From Escherichia phage DCP80, in sequence record PQ671644.1: DNA of 64,000 nt; one strand, written 5' to 3'. Positions within the stretch are counted from its first letter, which is position 1. Every line of letters starts with the position of its first letter. The notes beneath the pieces are model-generated. The model ran no database searches, was not told the DNA's origin, and saw nothing but the letters and a program-made list of their open reading frames with translations. Positions 39,823 to 50,099 of the stretch are shown one piece after another. A program made the translations under genes and the position numbers.

Positions 39823-40498
39823 TGCTATTATTGACTTTGAAACTCTGGGAAACGGCTCGAAGGGAGCCGTTATTGACCTGGCCCTGATTACATTCGAATC
39901 TGACCCTGCTATTGTGGAATCGTTCGAAACCCTGGTTAATCGCGGCAAACGCATTAAGTTCAGCCTTGAATATCAAAAAGGTAAGCGGCTGTTCGACACA
40001 ACAACTATGGGTTGGTGGAAAAAGCAATCAGCCGAAGCACGTGTTAACCTGGTCCCTTCTGCGCAAGATGTTGATACTCTGACTGGTATCCAACAAGCAA
40101 TTGACTATCTGAATGACAATGGAATTAACAAATACGAAAGCCTTATGTGGTGCCGTGGAATGTCTTTTGACTTCCCGTTGTTTGTCGACCTTATCCGCGA
40201 CCTGCAGCGCAATGAGGGGATTCCTGAGCGCGAATTGAATACCTATAACCTGGAGCCGGTTGTATTCTGGAACCAGCGAGATATCAGAACAGCAATCGAA
40301 GCCCTGTCACTCGTCCGTAAAATGTGTGAAACTCCATTACCAAAGGGGACTTTAGATGGATTCGTGGCGCACGATTCGGTACATGACTGTGCGAAAGATA
40401 TTTTGATGCTTAAGTACGCCCAGCGCTATGCCCTTGGTTTAGATGAAGTTCCTTCCGAAGAAGATGCAGACCCATTATCTTTGCCGAAAAAACGATAA
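39815..40498 (+). CDS. dexA: Exonuclease A (DexA)
   Basis: 227 aa, MIDAIIDFETLGNG...CRGMSFDFP...HDSVHDCAKD near-identical to T4 DexA. Confidence 0.92.
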   Translation: MIDAIIDFETLGNGSKGAVIDLALITFESDPAIVESFETLVNRGKRIKFSLEYQKGKRLFDTTTMGWWKKQSAEARVNLVPSAQDVDTLTGIQQAIDYLNDNGINKYESLMWCRGMSFDFPLFVDLIRDLQRNEGIPERELNTYNLEPVVFWNQRDIRTAIEALSLVRKMCETPLPKGTLDGFVAHDSVHDCAKDILMLKYAQRYALGLDEVPSEEDADPLSLPKKR

Positions 40499-40499
40499 A

Positions 40500-40560
40500 A
40501 AGTAGTGTACAAGGCCAATGGAAAGAGACATAATCATCTCATCAACTACTGATGAGGACA
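40500..40560 (+). promoter_or_regulatory. Early promoter cassette, family B
   Basis: GTGTAC 40505-40510, 18-nt spacer, CATAAT 40529-40534, CATCAACTACTGATGAGGA leader. Confidence 0.6.
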
Positions 40561-40565
40561 ACAAA

Positions 40566-40718
40566 ATGATTACTTCTTTTGAAATTGGCCAACAATATGA
40601 AATGTCCGCTCTTCAAGCTGCTGAAGCAGGTCTGACTAAAGCGTTTGAATGTGCATTTGCAAATATTCGTGGTAAAATCTTTACTGTCAATAAAATTGCG
40701 GTATATGATAAAGAAACA
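40566..40718 (+). CDS. N-terminal fragment of hypothetical protein (cut by N-run)
   Basis: ATG after GAGGA RBS; MITSFEIGQQYEMSALQAAE... Confidence 0.4.
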
Positions 40719-40743
40719 NNNNNNNNNNNNNNNNNNNNNNNNT

Positions 40744-41202
<459 letters not shown>

Positions 41203-41231
41203 AAGTAAAGCAAACTATTAGAGGACTCAAA

Positions 41232-43211
41232 ATGGCTTTATTATCCCCGGGCATTGAGCTCAAAGAAACAACGGTCCAAAGCACTGTTGTTCGTAACGCG
41301 ACGGGTCGTGCGGCGCTGGTTGGTAAATTCCAGTGGGGCCCAGCTTTCCAGGTAACTCAGATTACAAACGAAGTGGAACTTGTCGATTTGTTTGGTGGCC
41401 CGAACAATATCACGGCTGACTACTTTATGAGTGGAATGAACTTCCTTCAATATGGTAATGACCTGCGCACTGTTCGTGTTGTTAACCGTGATTTTGCTAA
41501 AAACGCATCTCCGGTAGCAGGGAACATCGAAAGTACAATCGCTACTGCTGGTTCTAACTATGCAGTCGGTGACGCTATCCAGGTTAAATACAACCAGACT
41601 GTTGTTGAAACTTCTGGCCGTATCACCAAGGTTGACGTTGACGGGAAAATCCTCGCGGTCTTCATTCCGTCTGACAAAATTATTTCCTTTGCAAAATCTG
41701 TAAACCAGTATCCTGCTTTAGGCCCGGCTTGGGCTGCTGAAATCCTGACCACTTCTTCAGGTGTGTCTGGCACGATTACCCTCGGGAAAATTGTTACCGA
41801 TTCTGGTATCCTGTTGACCGAAGCAGAAAATAGTGAAGAAGCTATTACCTCTCTGGAATTCCAGGCTTCCCTGCAGAAATATGCAATGCCGGGTGTTGTT
41901 GCTCTTTATCCTGGTGAAATCGGTTCGACTCTCGAAGTTGAAATCGTTTCCAAAGCTGCTTATGATGCTGGCTCTTCAAAGATGCTTGACATCTATCCGA
42001 ATGGCGGTTCCCGTGCTTCTGTAGCTCGTGCAGTGTTTAACTATGGCCCACAGTCTGACGACCAGTATGCAATCATCGTTCGCCGTGATGGTGCTATCGT
42101 TGAAAACGTCGTTCTGTCAACTAAAGAAGGCGATAAAGACGTTTACGGCAACAACATTTATCTGGATGACTACTTTGCAAAAGGTACTTCCAATTACATC
42201 TATGCAACTTCTCTGAACTGGCCAAAAGGTTTTGCAGGCATCATCAATCTGATGGGCGGTATTTCTGCAAACGACCAGGTGACCGCTGGTGATTTGATGC
42301 AAGGTTGGGACCTGTTTGCTGACCGTGAAGCACTGCATATTAACCTGCTTATTGCTGGTGCTTGTGCTGGTGAAGGTGATGCGACTGCTTCCACTGTTCA
42401 GAAGCACGTAGTTTCTATCGCTGACGAACGTCAGGATTGCTTGGCATTTATCTCTCCACCGAAAGGTCTGTTGGTTAACGTTCCACTGACCCGCGCAGTG
42501 GATAACCTGATTGACTGGCGTACAGGTAGTGGTGCATTTGATACTGATAACATGAATATCAGCACGACTTATGCAGCGATTGATGGCAACTATAAATATC
42601 AGTATGATAAATATAACGACGTTAACCGTTGGGTTCCTCTGGCAGCTGATATGGCTGGTCTGTGTGCTCGTACTGATGATGTTTCTCAGCCTTGGATGTC
42701 TCCGGCCGGCTATAACCGTGGTCAGATTCTGAACGTTCTGAAATTGGCAATCGAACCACGTCAGACTCAACGTGACCGCATGTATCAGGAAGCTATCAAC
42801 CCGGTTGTTGGTTTCGCAGGTGGCGATGGTTTTGTTCTGTACGGTGATAAGACTGCAACTAAAGTTCCATCTCCGATGGACCATATCAACGTTCGCCGTC
42901 TTACGAATATGCTGAAGAAAAATATCGGTGACGCATCCAAATATAAACTGTTTGAGCTTAACGATAACTTCACTCGTGCATCATTCCGTATGGAAACTTC
43001 TCAATACTTGGATGGTATTCGTGCGCTCGGTGGCATTTATGAAGGTCGTGTAGTTTGTGATACTACTAACAACACCCCAGCGGTCATAGACCGAAATGAG
43101 TTTGTTGCTAGTATATATTTTAAACCGGCAAGGGCGATAAATTATATCACACTTAATTTCGTAGCAACAAGCACGGGCGCTGATTTCGATGAGCTGATTG
43201 GACCACAATAA
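41232..43211 (+). CDS. 18: Tail sheath protein gp18
   Basis: 659 aa, MALLSPGIELKETTVQSTVV... near-identical to T4 gp18. Confidence 0.95.
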   Translation: MALLSPGIELKETTVQSTVVRNATGRAALVGKFQWGPAFQVTQITNEVELVDLFGGPNNITADYFMSGMNFLQYGNDLRTVRVVNRDFAKNASPVAGNIESTIATAGSNYAVGDAIQVKYNQTVVETSGRITKVDVDGKILAVFIPSDKIISFAKSVNQYPALGPAWAAEILTTSSGVSGTITLGKIVTDSGILLTEAENSEEAITSLEFQASLQKYAMPGVVALYPGEIGSTLEVEIVSKAAYDAGSSKMLDIYPNGGSRASVARAVFNYGPQSDDQYAIIVRRDGAIVENVVLSTKEGDKDVYGNNIYLDDYFAKGTSNYIYATSLNWPKGFAGIINLMGGISANDQVTAGDLMQGWDLFADREALHINLLIAGACAGEGDATASTVQKHVVSIADERQDCLAFISPPKGLLVNVPLTRAVDNLIDWRTGSGAFDTDNMNISTTYAAIDGNYKYQYDKYNDVNRWVPLAADMAGLCARTDDVSQPWMSPAGYNRGQILNVLKLAIEPRQTQRDRMYQEAINPVVGFAGGDGFVLYGDKTATKVPSPMDHINVRRLTNMLKKNIGDASKYKLFELNDNFTRASFRMETSQYLDGIRALGGIYEGRVVCDTTNNTPAVIDRNEFVASIYFKPARAINYITLNFVATSTGADFDELIGPQ

Positions 43212-43231
43212 GGCTTTACATCTGATTTAAT

Positions 43232-43900
43232 TTGGGCTATAATGCGCGTATGTTAATAAATACGCGCAAGGATTTACAAGTGATTATAGATAAATTTGTT
43301 GAAGTTAAAATCATGTACTGTAATTATCAGTATTTTTTGGATTTGGGATACGACTTGAAACCATTAGGTGCCGCTAAGTGGGGCTATAAATCACAAGTGA
43401 TTATGGCTAAAGTTGAAGATATGCTCCCGGGTTCAAACAAATATGTCAATTGTCAATGTGATAAATGTGGTGCTACATTTAAACAAAGAATTGCCAGGAA
43501 CACAGATGTGTGCTATCCATGCCGCAAAAATTCTTTTATGAAGGGAAATAAATTAGGCGAAGCAAATAAAGGAAAGGTTATTTCCTGTATGCAAGGTGAT
43601 AAACATCCAAGATGGAATCCTAACAAAAAAGAATTTGATGCATATGGAAGACGTGTTAGATGGTTAACTCTCAAACAAAAAGATATTTGGTCAAAATGGG
43701 AAAATGCAGATAAGATAGGAAAATGTGGTGTAGAAGGTGCATATCAACTTGACCACAAAGTTTCTATTGCATATGGATTTTATAATCACATACCAGAGAC
43801 TGTTATCGCTTCGCTCAACAATTTATCTATAGTCACTTGGGAATCTAATAGGTCCAAAGGAAAATCAAATAGTATTGACTTATGGGATATATTATCCTGA
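43232..43900 (+). CDS. HNH endonuclease with N-terminal Cys cluster (free-standing homing-endonuclease-like)
   Basis: 222 aa; CQCDKCG...CYPCRKN zinc-ribbon-like motif and YQLDHKVSIAYGFYNHIPETVIASLNNLSIVTWESNRSKG HNH motif; sits between 18 and 19 where T4 has no gene. Confidence 0.65.
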   Translation: MGYNARMLINTRKDLQVIIDKFVEVKIMYCNYQYFLDLGYDLKPLGAAKWGYKSQVIMAKVEDMLPGSNKYVNCQCDKCGATFKQRIARNTDVCYPCRKNSFMKGNKLGEANKGKVISCMQGDKHPRWNPNKKEFDAYGRRVRWLTLKQKDIWSKWENADKIGKCGVEGAYQLDHKVSIAYGFYNHIPETVIASLNNLSIVTWESNRSKGKSNSIDLWDILS

Positions 43901-43924
43901 CAGTAAATGTAATTAAGCAGTAAA

Positions 43925-43978
43925 CCGTAGAACCATTATACAATGCTATAAATAAAAGCATATCATCGGTTCTACGGA
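43925..43978. repeat. Perfect 10-bp inverted repeat CCGTAGAACC / GGTTCTACGG with 34-nt loop
   Basis: Direct inspection; the loop contains a TATAAATA box. Confidence 0.8.
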
Positions 43979-44035
43979 CTCCTCAGAGCTCCTCCAGCGA
44001 CCTAAATACATTTATTGATGAATCATATTACCTAG

Positions 44036-44043
44036 TATAAATA
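44036..44043 (+). promoter_or_regulatory. T4 late promoter box TATAAATA upstream of gene 19
   Basis: Exact TATAAATA about 53 nt upstream of gene 19 ATG. Confidence 0.55.
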
Positions 44044-44095
44044 CATGCATCAGGGACGCGTTCGCGCGACCTGTGTCTATAAAGAGGATTCCTTA

Positions 44096-44126
44096 ATGGA
44101 GTTGACCGATATCACACGCGCTTTCG
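44096..44126 (+). CDS. 19: Tail tube protein gp19, first 10 codons (cut by N-run)
   Basis: MELTDITRAF resembles T4 gp19 MFVDDVTRAF. Confidence 0.55.
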
Positions 44127-44192
44127 NNNNNNNNNNNNNNNNNNNNNNNNNNNNNNNNNNNNCTTTTGCCTGACGTTCAGCTTCTTCTTGTG

Positions 44193-44387
44193 TCATGATT
44201 TATCTCCGTAGATATCACGCATCAGTTTAAGCACAGCTCGTTCGGTCTTCTTTTCCTGCATATCTTTGACGCTGGCGGCGGCCCATTCTTCAGCTTCGCG
44301 CTGCATTTCTTCCTCGGCTCTGGCTACCCAGGAATCATCAATCCCTGGAGTAACCAACCAATCTTTAAGCCAACTTGTAATTCTCAT
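44193..44387 (-). CDS. Hypothetical protein (second copy of 15404-15598)
   Basis: Identical 64-aa protein. Confidence 0.5.
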   Translation of the reverse strand: MRITSWLKDWLVTPGIDDSWVARAEEEMQREAEEWAAASVKDMQEKKTERAVLKLMRDIYGDKS

Positions 44388-44744
44388 TTAATCACACGAG
44401 CTGGAAGACGAATCGCAGCTTCCTGAATCATAGGAGGAATAAGACGAATCACCAGTCCACGAACTGACGGCAGCAGCGACTACAATCGGAGTCATATCAA
44501 TATGCGGTGTAGTATCGACATGGCTTGTAGAACGTCTTGAATCCAGATGCTCTTTTAACTTTTTCGAATTCAATGGCAATGCACCTGGTCCGACATTACC
44601 GGCTTTTTCTGGTCGGCGACGAACTTCTTCCATCATACCATCGCCCATGTAAACATATTCTCTTAGCTTGACATCTGGTAGGCTAACAGGAACCACGCCC
44701 TCGTTTGGTTTGGTCTTGAATAAATTCTTGAGCCAACTAATCAT
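44388..44744 (-). CDS. Hypothetical Ser/Cys-rich protein (second copy of 15044-15403)
   Basis: 118 aa, one substitution and one residue shorter than first copy. Confidence 0.5.
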   Translation of the reverse strand: MISWLKNLFKTKPNEGVVPVSLPDVKLREYVYMGDGMMEEVRRRPEKAGNVGPGALPLNSKKLKEHLDSRRSTSHVDTTPHIDMTPIVVAAAVSSWTGDSSYSSYDSGSCDSSSSSCD

Positions 44745-44938
44745 AGGAAACCTCGTTTAAATTCAACTTGACCATCATCATAACGGATTTCAATATTGAA
44801 TTCTAAAGAATCATCATCGTGCATCATGAACGAGTGCACGACAACCTCATCAAACACACCCAGACCATACTTAAAATGTACATCATGGGCAATAACTTCG
44901 TCTAAAGTTTTGTTCGGTTTAATCCAACGGTTTAACAT
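44741..44938 (-). CDS. Hypothetical protein (second copy of 14850-15047)
   Basis: Identical 65-aa protein. Confidence 0.5.
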   Translation of the reverse strand: MLNRWIKPNKTLDEVIAHDVHFKYGLGVFDEVVVHSFMMHDDDSLEFNIEIRYDDGQVEFKRGFL

Positions 44939-45014
44939 AGTATTCTCCTCTGTAGTTGAGATAATTATACCATCTCTATTAAAAGCAAAAAGGGAACCCG
45001 AAGGTTCCCTATAA

Positions 45015-45248
45015 TTAAACTACTGGGGTAGGCGTAAACATCGCCGCGTTCTTAGTTCGCCAATCGGCTGCATCAGTCACTACAGTAGTATAGGCTGCAA
45101 CGGCCGAAGGGAAAGTCTGATAATGAGCATCCGCAATACGGTGCTCGTTTGAATAGATTTCAAACGGAACAGATACTTCAACACCTTTAACTTCTTTACC
45201 TTCACCAGCTGGATGCGTAAAGGTTTTGATATTAACGAAACCACCCAT
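45015..45248 (-). CDS. soc: Small outer capsid protein Soc (second copy)
   Basis: Identical 77-aa protein; late box at 45280-45287 on the minus strand. Confidence 0.8.
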   Translation of the reverse strand: MGGFVNIKTFTHPAGEGKEVKGVEVSVPFEIYSNEHRIADAHYQTFPSAVAAYTTVVTDAADWRTKNAAMFTPTPVV

Positions 45249-45289
45249 AATAAACTCCTTTGTTGTTTAATTACAGGTGTATTTATAAC

Positions 45290-45571
45290 TTACAATTTGG
45301 CGGCTTGGACTGCTTTATTGGCTTCAGTCATTTTAGCTAGATTTTCAGCAGTAGGATTGGCAATGTATTCGGCTGTAGCTTTAGCAAAAACATTATGAGT
45401 TTCGATTACATTTTTAGCATTTTCAATATTCATATCAATTTCTTGTTTAGATAAATTTTTTAGTTGATTGGCTAAGAGTTCTACAAAGATTTCAACATTA
45501 GCGTTTTCAATTATATCATTAATATGCTTCTTACGAGCTTTCTTAAGCTGACGTTTATTTAAACGAGGCAT
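45290..45571 (-). CDS. Hypothetical protein (second copy of 14216-14497)
   Basis: 93 aa with 4 substitutions relative to first copy. Confidence 0.5.
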   Translation of the reverse strand: MPRLNKRQLKKARKKHINDIIENANVEIFVELLANQLKNLSKQEIDMNIENAKNVIETHNVFAKATAEYIANPTAENLAKMTEANKAVQAAKL

Positions 45572-46089
45572 TAATAACCTCGGTCCTGACGAGCAAAGTT
45601 CTCGGCATTTTTCAGGTAATACAGTTTAAAGATTTCTTCTGCTGTCAGACCAAGACCATGGAACATGTTCAGAACGAAATGGAGAATATCAATCATTTCG
45701 AATTTAATTTCGAGCTGGTCTTCAGGAGAGAGTTCGTCAATACGACGGTTACGGAATTCGCCATGTTGAGCTTTCCAAGGCTTCCAACAACTTGATGCAG
45801 CTTTCTCGCCATTAGACATACCACCGAGAGAAGTCAGAAGTTCACGGAATTCGTCGTCAACATAATCTTTCTGGTTGCGAAGCCATGCAACAACATCGCC
45901 TGCGGTTGCCAATTCATCTGGATGTGCGTTATATTCTGGTTTTTCTGTAGCCAGACGAACCTGCAAAGATTTCTGCATATCAAGCATAATCTGCAGAGGG
46001 TCATCATTGCCTTTTAGGACATCATTATACGCATCTTGCGCTTTATCAACACCAGCAATCAGTTGAGAACACTCGTTAAAATGAGCCAT
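45571..46089 (-). CDS. 56: dCTP pyrophosphatase gp56 (second copy)
   Basis: About 4 substitutions relative to first copy; start at MAHFNEC. Confidence 0.9.
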   Translation of the reverse strand: MAHFNECSQLIAGVDKAQDAYNDVLKGNDDPLQIMLDMQKSLQVRLATEKPEYNAHPDELATAGDVVAWLRNQKDYVDDEFRELLTSLGGMSNGEKAASSCWKPWKAQHGEFRNRRIDELSPEDQLEIKFEMIDILHFVLNMFHGLGLTAEEIFKLYYLKNAENFARQDRGY

Positions 46090-46173
46090 TATATTTTTCC
46101 TTATCAATTCATGTTGTTTGTATGTTAATTATATCATATTGGTTTAAAGCATAAATACAAGAAAGGAGGATGT

Positions 46174-46371
46174 ATGCTCAAACTATCTAGTCTAATTCAA
46201 GCCATCAAAGGCAGTCGTAAGCGAACGATTCTGGTCCTTTCGATACTCTGTTTTGTTCTACTCTGGAATTTCATTGTTGTCCCTATTGCATTGGCACATG
46301 GTGTTATATTGCCAGTCGTCGCGCTCGAATCAGTTGTAGATGTTTCACTAGCATTAATCGGCCTTATATAG
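46174..46371 (+). CDS. Small hydrophobic membrane protein (second copy)
   Basis: 65 aa, one substitution (A to V) relative to 13416-13613. Confidence 0.45.
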   Translation: MLKLSSLIQAIKGSRKRTILVLSILCFVLLWNFIVVPIALAHGVILPVVALESVVDVSLALIGLI

Positions 46372-46479
46372 GTGGAACTTACTGGTTGTGCCTATCGCTG
46401 CAACACAAGGGGTGCACTTACCCCAGGTCACAATGGAACATATTCATTCCATCATCGGTTACTTTACCGGAATCCCTTC

Positions 46480-47508
46480 CTAAACTTTTGCGTACTTCGA
46501 AAGTCGCATTCTCGCCATCAATCCTTGAGCAACGTTATCGGCCATATATGATTCGATTTGTTCAGGGGTTGCCCCTTCTGATTTAACCATCTCATTTATG
46601 TCTTTCGTATGCCATGGTGCATTGTCCCAGAACATAACAGCTTCGCCCGCTTCAACGAGCTTCTTCATACGTTTAATCGTATCTTTATGTCGCGGTTCAT
46701 GGTCCATCACCCATACTCTGGTTTCTGGATAAGGAACAGCTTCCAATGCCAATGTGCCACCGGTTATCGCAATGCTGTTAGGGATAAACAAACTATCAAT
46801 TGGACCTTCCATTACCCATACGCGTTTACGCTCATCAATCTTGTCTACGCCATAGACTTTGGAAGCTTCTGGGTGAGCTTTGATTGTGATATATTTTTGT
46901 GGTGCATCTTTGCGAAGAGCTCGTCCTTGGAAAGATTCGATTTCTTTTTTGCCGTTGAAGATAGGAATAACCAAGCGTGGTTCATTCGTTTCATTCTTAT
47001 ACGTCCCAGGATTGACGGAGTTAACTAATGCAGGCCATTTGTTTGTAAACCATAACCGGTTCCAAACATTGCTAGGAATACACCGACTTTTTACATACTT
47101 AATTATCGGATGTGCTTCTGGTAAAGTATCGAGTCTTTCACAAAAAGCAAGCTGCTCGATAACCGGAGTTTTTTCTGGTTCTTTCGGAGTTTCTGCAACT
47201 TCATTGCGCTGTCTGCCAAAGGCATTCTCCTTATACTTCTCAACCATATATTCCCGGTGTAAATCCGGCTCAAACTCTTTTATGTATTTGCTTATATGCG
47301 TGGAGTAGTCACAGTTAAAACATTTCACGTAAACCGCGCCATCAGACGGATTGGTATACGCCCAGAATCGAGCTTTATGTGAATCTTTCTGGGAGTCGCC
47401 ACAAACTTTACATCTGCAGTTTGCCTTAAATGTGCTCCCGGTGACTTCTCTATAACGTGGTTGATACGATAAAGCTCTGACTGCAAATTCTTTATCAATA
47501 TATGACAT
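46480..47508 (-). CDS. 61: DNA primase gp61 (second copy)
   Basis: 342 aa with about 10 substitutions relative to first copy. Confidence 0.92.
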   Translation of the reverse strand: MSYIDKEFAVRALSYQPRYREVTGSTFKANCRCKVCGDSQKDSHKARFWAYTNPSDGAVYVKCFNCDYSTHISKYIKEFEPDLHREYMVEKYKENAFGRQRNEVAETPKEPEKTPVIEQLAFCERLDTLPEAHPIIKYVKSRCIPSNVWNRLWFTNKWPALVNSVNPGTYKNETNEPRLVIPIFNGKKEIESFQGRALRKDAPQKYITIKAHPEASKVYGVDKIDERKRVWVMEGPIDSLFIPNSIAITGGTLALEAVPYPETRVWVMDHEPRHKDTIKRMKKLVEAGEAVMFWDNAPWHTKDINEMVKSEGATPEQIESYMADNVAQGLMARMRLSKYAKV

Positions 47509-47715
47509 AGTTTCCTCATTTCAATGGCCCCGAAGGNNNNNNNNNNNNNNNNNNNNNNNNNNNNNNNNNNNNNNNNNNNNNNAGCGGACGAACGTTTGGA
47601 ACGAGCTATCAAACAAGAAGCTATTGCCAAACGAGCATTGATGAAGTCTCTTTATCTCTGCCTTCATGTCATTAATGCGCTGGAAGCTATTCGGTTTTAT
47701 GTTTCATTTGCGTAA

Positions 47716-48045
47716 ATTGCGCCTTTAAGTGGTAACACTTATCGAAAACTCCTTTAATTGCTGGAAAATCCGGAAACGGAAAACTAGCAGCCAAGGTTTT
47801 GCTTGCGCCTTTAATTAGTATCATATTATAAATATGATTATACTTTTAAGAGGATGCACAATTGCAAAACAAGGTTCAACGACTAGTCTTCGGACGTAGG
47901 GCCAAGCGGCTCGAAATGGGGAGAATCCTTCTGGGATTGTGATATAGTCTGGTCTGCATGGTAACATGCAGCAGTTCATAAGAGAACGGGATAAGAAATA
48001 GCGAGCTTATTCGAACATAACGGTACATTTAATTTCCATAAGAAC
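47716..48045 (+). other. Group I self-splicing intron, 3' portion, interrupting nrdB
   Basis: Non-coding stretch with group I R element GGTTCAACGACTAGTC (47873-47888) and S element GATATAGTC (47941-47949) directly upstream of nrdB exon 2; in-frame stop at 47992. Confidence 0.7.
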
Positions 48046-48525
48046 ATGGAAATCATGGAAGGTAATGCGAAGATAATGAAGTTCATCGCCCGTGATGAAC
48101 AGCTCCACCTTAAGGGGACCCAATATATTCTTCGTCAGTTGCAGACTGGTACTGACGGTGACGAATGGGTTAAAATCGCACATGAATGTGAAGCAGAAGC
48201 CGCAGCCATTTTCATGGAAGTTAATCGCCAGGAAAAAGAATGGGCCGTGCATCTGTTTAAAGATGGTGGACTCCCCGGGCTGAGCGTCGAGATTCTTAAC
48301 CGGTTCATCGATTACCTGACGGTTTCTCGTATGAAGCAATGTGGTCTCCCGTGTGAAATCGTGTTAGAATCTACTAAGCACCCGATTCCATGGATTCGTG
48401 AATATCTTAACTCTGATAATGTGCAATCAGCACCACAAGAAGTTGAGTTGTCTGCTTACCTGGTAGCCCAGATTGACAATGACGTCGATGAGAATGTTCT
48501 TGCTGGTTTCCGTAAATATCTATAA
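48046..48525 (+). CDS. nrdB: Ribonucleotide reductase small subunit NrdB, exon 2 (exact 3' splice site uncertain by about 20 nt)
   Basis: EGNAKIMKFIARDEQLHLKGTQYIL...SDNVQSAPQEVE matches the C-terminal third of class Ia R2 proteins. Confidence 0.85.
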   Translation: MEIMEGNAKIMKFIARDEQLHLKGTQYILRQLQTGTDGDEWVKIAHECEAEAAAIFMEVNRQEKEWAVHLFKDGGLPGLSVEILNRFIDYLTVSRMKQCGLPCEIVLESTKHPIPWIREYLNSDNVQSAPQEVELSAYLVAQIDNDVDENVLAGFRKYL

Positions 48526-48528
48526 GGA

Positions 48529-48548
48529 AAGGGCTTCGGCCCTTTTTG
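48529..48548 (+). terminator. Terminator candidate after nrdB
   Basis: AAGGGC-TTCG-GCCCTT hairpin with T-run. Confidence 0.6.
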
Positions 48549-48551
48549 TCT

Positions 48552-48962
48552 ATGAAACAAATCGCTGACGAATACAGTTTTATAAAATACGCGGAGTTAG
48601 AGTTAGTCGATGGTAAAATCCCTATTCTTACTCTCGCAAACAAGAAAAATGTTATCTATGCTATTTCAGTTGATGATGAACTAGTGTATATTGGTAAGAC
48701 GAACAACCTTAAGAAGCGTATCAACTATTACCGGACTGCAATTAACCGAATCGAACAGACGAGTGATTCAAACAAATCCCGGATGATACATGAAGCTTTA
48801 CAAGAAGGTAAAAAGGTGGTATTCTATGCACGACAATGTTTCAATCTGTCAATGACCAATGAACTTGGCACAATGTCAGTCGAAACGATGTCTCTAGAAG
48901 AGCCGATGTTCATCAAGCTTTTTAATCCCCCGTGGAATTACCAACATAAGGTGAAGAAATGA
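48552..48962 (+). CDS. denA: Endonuclease II (DenA), GIY-YIG family
   Basis: 136 aa; MKQIADEYSFIKY...VIYAISVDDELVYIGKTNNLKKRINYYRTAINR near-identical to T4 EndoII. Confidence 0.88.
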   Translation: MKQIADEYSFIKYAELELVDGKIPILTLANKKNVIYAISVDDELVYIGKTNNLKKRINYYRTAINRIEQTSDSNKSRMIHEALQEGKKVVFYARQCFNLSMTNELGTMSVETMSLEEPMFIKLFNPPWNYQHKVKK

Positions 48963-50095
48963 TTGAATTATATGATAACTTAATGAAGCTTTGCGCCGAA
49001 TCCGATAAAGGTAAGTTTTTCTATACGGATTTTGTTTCTCCATTTGAAACCAAGTTCCGCATCTTTAGCTATAACTATGCTTCCTATAGTGATTGGCTTC
49101 TTGATGACGCACTGGAGTGCCGCGGCATTATGTTTGAAATGGATGACAATGGTCCAGTTCGCATTGCTGCCCGTCCTATGGAAAAATTCTTTAATCTGGG
49201 TGAGAACCCAATGACCATGGACCTTAACCTTGATGAGGTTGTCCTGGTTACTGCAAAAGCTGATGGTAGCTTGGTTTCTACTTATATGGACCAGACTAAT
49301 ATTGCTTTTAAATCCAAAGGGTCAATCAAAAGCTCCCAGGCTGCTGAATCTCTGCAGGTGTTTAAACAACCGCACCGTGAAGCGTTCAGGGCTCGCGTAA
49401 CTGAAATCACTGAAGCTGGTTATACATGCAATATGGAATATGTTGCACCAACCAACCGCATTGTTTTGCCTTACCAGGAACGTGACCTGATTTTACTGAA
49501 CGTTCGTCATAATGAAACTGGCGAATATATCCCATACCAGGAACTGTTCAAAGATGCTGCACTCCGTCCTTTCCTGGTTGAAGCATATGACCTGGTGAGC
49601 ATTGAGAATGTTCGTGGCATGAAAGAGATTGAAGGCTTCGTCTACGAGCTGGCAAGTGGTCAGAAGTTCAAGCTGAAAACAGAATGGTATTGTGCTCTGC
49701 ACCATACTAAAGACTCCATTAATAATAATGAGCGTTTGTTTGAAGTTGTTGTTGCCGGCGGGGCTGATGATGTTATTGCCATGTTTACTGGTGATGATTA
49801 TGCTCGCGAAAAAGTTAATGCCTTTACCATTGTACATCTGGATTATCTGTCCAATACGCTGGGATTGTTGCTTGACGCCCAGAAACAACTGGCAGGAAAA
49901 GACCGTCGCGAGTTTGCGATTAAAGGTCAAGAGTTGTGTAAACCGTACCCGGGATTGTTCTCCGTATTAATGAACACCTATCAACGCCCCCAGGAAACCG
50001 AACAAACGATTGCTCAAATCAATAAAGTTTTCCTTAAAAATCATAAACTTTACATTCCGTCGGACTACCAAGCGGAAGTAATCCTTCCTGAATAA
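48959..50095 (+). CDS. rnlA: RNA ligase 1 (RnlA, gp63)
   Basis: 378 aa; adenylation lysine motif TAKADGSLVSTY; near-identical to T4 Rnl1. Confidence 0.92.
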   Translation: MIELYDNLMKLCAESDKGKFFYTDFVSPFETKFRIFSYNYASYSDWLLDDALECRGIMFEMDDNGPVRIAARPMEKFFNLGENPMTMDLNLDEVVLVTAKADGSLVSTYMDQTNIAFKSKGSIKSSQAAESLQVFKQPHREAFRARVTEITEAGYTCNMEYVAPTNRIVLPYQERDLILLNVRHNETGEYIPYQELFKDAALRPFLVEAYDLVSIENVRGMKEIEGFVYELASGQKFKLKTEWYCALHHTKDSINNNERLFEVVVAGGADDVIAMFTGDDYAREKVNAFTIVHLDYLSNTLGLLLDAQKQLAGKDRREFAIKGQELCKPYPGLFSVLMNTYQRPQETEQTIAQINKVFLKNHKLYIPSDYQAEVILPE

Positions 50096-50099
50096 TAAA

